DNA of 64,000 nucleotides from Bacilli bacterium (lineage in GTDB: Bacteria > Bacillota_I > Bacilli_A > RF39 > UBA660): NCBI GenBank assembly GCA_016293205.1, contig JAEDES010000001.1, positions 27,447 through 91,446 on the forward strand. The letters run 5' to 3'. Position numbers and translations under genes: made by a program. Below the pieces are notes generated by a model that had not been told where the DNA came from, made no database searches, and saw only the letters and a program-made list of their open reading frames with translations. Of the stretch, positions 62,712 through 64,000 are shown in pieces (within the stretch, counting starts at the first letter, position 1; the number at the start of each line of letters is the position of its first letter).

Positions 62712-64000
62712 ATTCTTTTCTCCTTTCTAATTCTTTCTTTATCAATTCTAAAGAGATATTAGGGTTTGCTTGTCTATTTGATTTTTTCATTGCTTGACCT
62801 ATAAAGAAGTTGATTACATGCTCATTATCTTCTTCAATATATTGTCTTACTTGTTCTTTGTTTTCATCCATAATAGATGTAATTAATTCTAATAATGTAT
62901 CTTCATCAGATATTTGTTGTAAGTTTTCTTTTTTTATTAATTCTACTGGATCAATTTTTTGTTCAATTGCTTGATATAAAATTTTCTTACCATGATCAAG
63001 GGAAATTTTACCTTCATGAACATGGTCTACTACTCCGCTTAACATCTTTGGTGTAATAAATAATTCATCTAATGTTATTTCTAATTTATTTAATGTAGAT
63101 AGAATTGCTGATGTTAAGAAGTTTACTGTTAATTCTACATCAGATCCATATGATAATACTTCTTCAAAGTAATCTGCTGTTGGTCTTTCTTTTGAAAGTA
63201 CTTTAGCATCATATTCTGATAGAGAGTATTCCTTCATATATCTTAGGAATCTATCTGTTTTTAATTCTGGTAAAGTACTTCTTAACTCATATAAATATTC
63301 ATCAGATAATGGAGTTGATGGGATGTTTGGTTCTAAGAAATATTTGTAGTCTACTGCGTCTACTTTTTCTCTCATTGAATATGTTTTTCCATCTTCAGCA
63401 ATTCTTCTTGTTTCTTGAATTACTTTTTCTCCTTTTAGAAGTATTTCACTTTGTCTTTTTATTTCATATTCTATAGCATCTCTTACACTTGTGAAAGCGT
63501 TGATGTTCTTCATTTCAACTTTAGTTCCTAATTTATCAGAACCTTCTTCCATAAGGGAAATGTTGACATCACATCTCATTTGTCCATAGTTTGATTTAGC
63601 TTCACTTACTCCTAAGAATAAGAATACATCTTTTAAATCTTCTAGGAATGTTACTGCTTCATCAGCACTTTCAATACAAGGTTCTGTTACGATTTCAATT
63701 AGTGGTACTCCACTACGGTTGTAATCAATTAGAGAGAACTTGGTATCATGTTCAAGAGAAGCTGTATCTTCTTCTAAGTGTAATTGATGAATATATACTC
63801 TTTTTGGTGTTCCTTTTACTAAAATGTCTAAATATCCATCTTTTCCCATTGGTTTTGTTACTTGTGTTATTTGATATCCTTTTGGTAAATCTGGATAGAA
63901 GTAGTTTTTTCTATCAAAGATTACTTCATCTGGGTTCTTACAATGAAGAGCCATTGCTGTTAGAAGTGCTTTTCTTACAGCTTCTTTATTTGGTACTGGA
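62701..64000 (-). CDS. gatB: Asp-tRNA(Asn)/Glu-tRNA(Gln) amidotransferase subunit B, partial; the N-terminus lies beyond the window
   Basis: GatB core motifs KNYFYPDLPKGYQIT and LHLEEDT, and the C-terminal YqeY-like tail. The frame stays open to the window edge. Confidence 0.85.
   Translation of the reverse strand, partial: PVPNKEAVRKALLTAMALHCKNPDEVIFDRKNYFYPDLPKGYQITQVTKPMGKDGYLDILVKGTPKRVYIHQLHLEEDTASLEHDTKFSLIDYNRSGVPLIEIVTEPCIESADEAVTFLEDLKDVFLFLGVSEAKSNYGQMRCDVNISLMEEGSDKLGTKVEMKNINAFTSVRDAIEYEIKRQSEILLKGEKVIQETRRIAEDGKTYSMREKVDAVDYKYFLEPNIPSTPLSDEYLYELRSTLPELKTDRFLRYMKEYSLSEYDAKVLSKERPTADYFEEVLSYGSDVELTVNFLTSAILSTLNKLEITLDELFITPKMLSGVVDHVHEGKISLDHGKKILYQAIEQKIDPVELIKKENLQQISDEDTLLELITSIMDENKEQVRQYIEEDNEHVINFFIGQAMKKSNRQANPNISLELIKKELERRKEYDK

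Noticed and set aside
1-64000. Signs of prophage, integrase, transposase, IS elements or a CRISPR-cas locus.
   Set aside because: No recombinase or transposase-like ORFs, no inverted terminal repeats and no direct-repeat/spacer arrays were seen. The tRNA cluster is not flanked by an integrase.

Overview
This 64 kb window comes from a very AT-rich, low-GC Gram-positive genome that uses the standard genetic code. The organism is evidently a spore-forming Firmicute, because recognisable homologues of SpoVID, SpoIVFA/SpoIVFB, YunB, YlmC/YmxH, a SigF/G-type sigma factor and a CotY/CotZ-like coat protein are present. Genes lie mostly on the minus strand.

Housekeeping content:
- Translation and tRNA-modification genes: ferredoxin, rluB, valS (preceded by a T-box leader), proS, aspS overlapping gatB, trmL, a ttcA-like gene and an ABC-F ATPase.
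- Cell envelope and shape genes: radC-mreC-mreD-spoIVFA-spoIVFB, a SEDS protein, a D-Ala-D-Ala carboxypeptidase, a PrsW-like protease and a GT2 glycosyltransferase.
- Stress and proteostasis genes: tig, lon and a perR-like gene next to rubrerythrin.
- RNA genes: a 12-gene tRNA operon on the minus strand (Val-Thr-Tyr-Gln-Lys-Leu | Ser-fMet-Asp-Phe-Arg-Pro) with two near-consensus sigma-A promoters, and a solitary tRNA-Ala.

The accessory region at about 4.4-14.9 kb looks like a type VIIb secretion (T7SSb/WXG100) effector locus, but no EssC-type core gene is in the window.
- It opens with two terminator-separated pairs of about 90-aa helical WXG100/LXG-like proteins. The first protein of each pair shares a GL(Q/A)GTAG motif, and the second ends in a shared AEDxxEL tail.
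- A 123-aa protein and a DUF4176-like protein follow.
- Next is a giant 1,459-aa protein. It has an LXG-like, glycine-rich N-terminal region, about 60 copies of an 11-residue KEAGEKAxKEA helical repeat, duplicated CPxCGQNPCVCP cysteine knuckles, a (Thr-Asp)n tract of about 40 dipeptides encoded by a hexanucleotide microsatellite, a single C-terminal glycine-zipper TM helix and an acidic tail. It carries no recognisable toxin domain.
- Four small or unknown genes lie downstream, including a degenerate PTS-EIIB-like membrane protein and a 489-aa possible alpha/alpha-toroid protein.

This architecture does not match described LXG toxins and is the main candidate for a novel system. Other notable points are a probable poly-A frameshift or non-ATG start at the N-terminus of the SEDS gene, a perfect 12-bp palindrome in the internal tRNA-operon leader, a 42-nt tandem duplication inside a 514-aa gene, and a 583-aa HExxH protein of unknown function.
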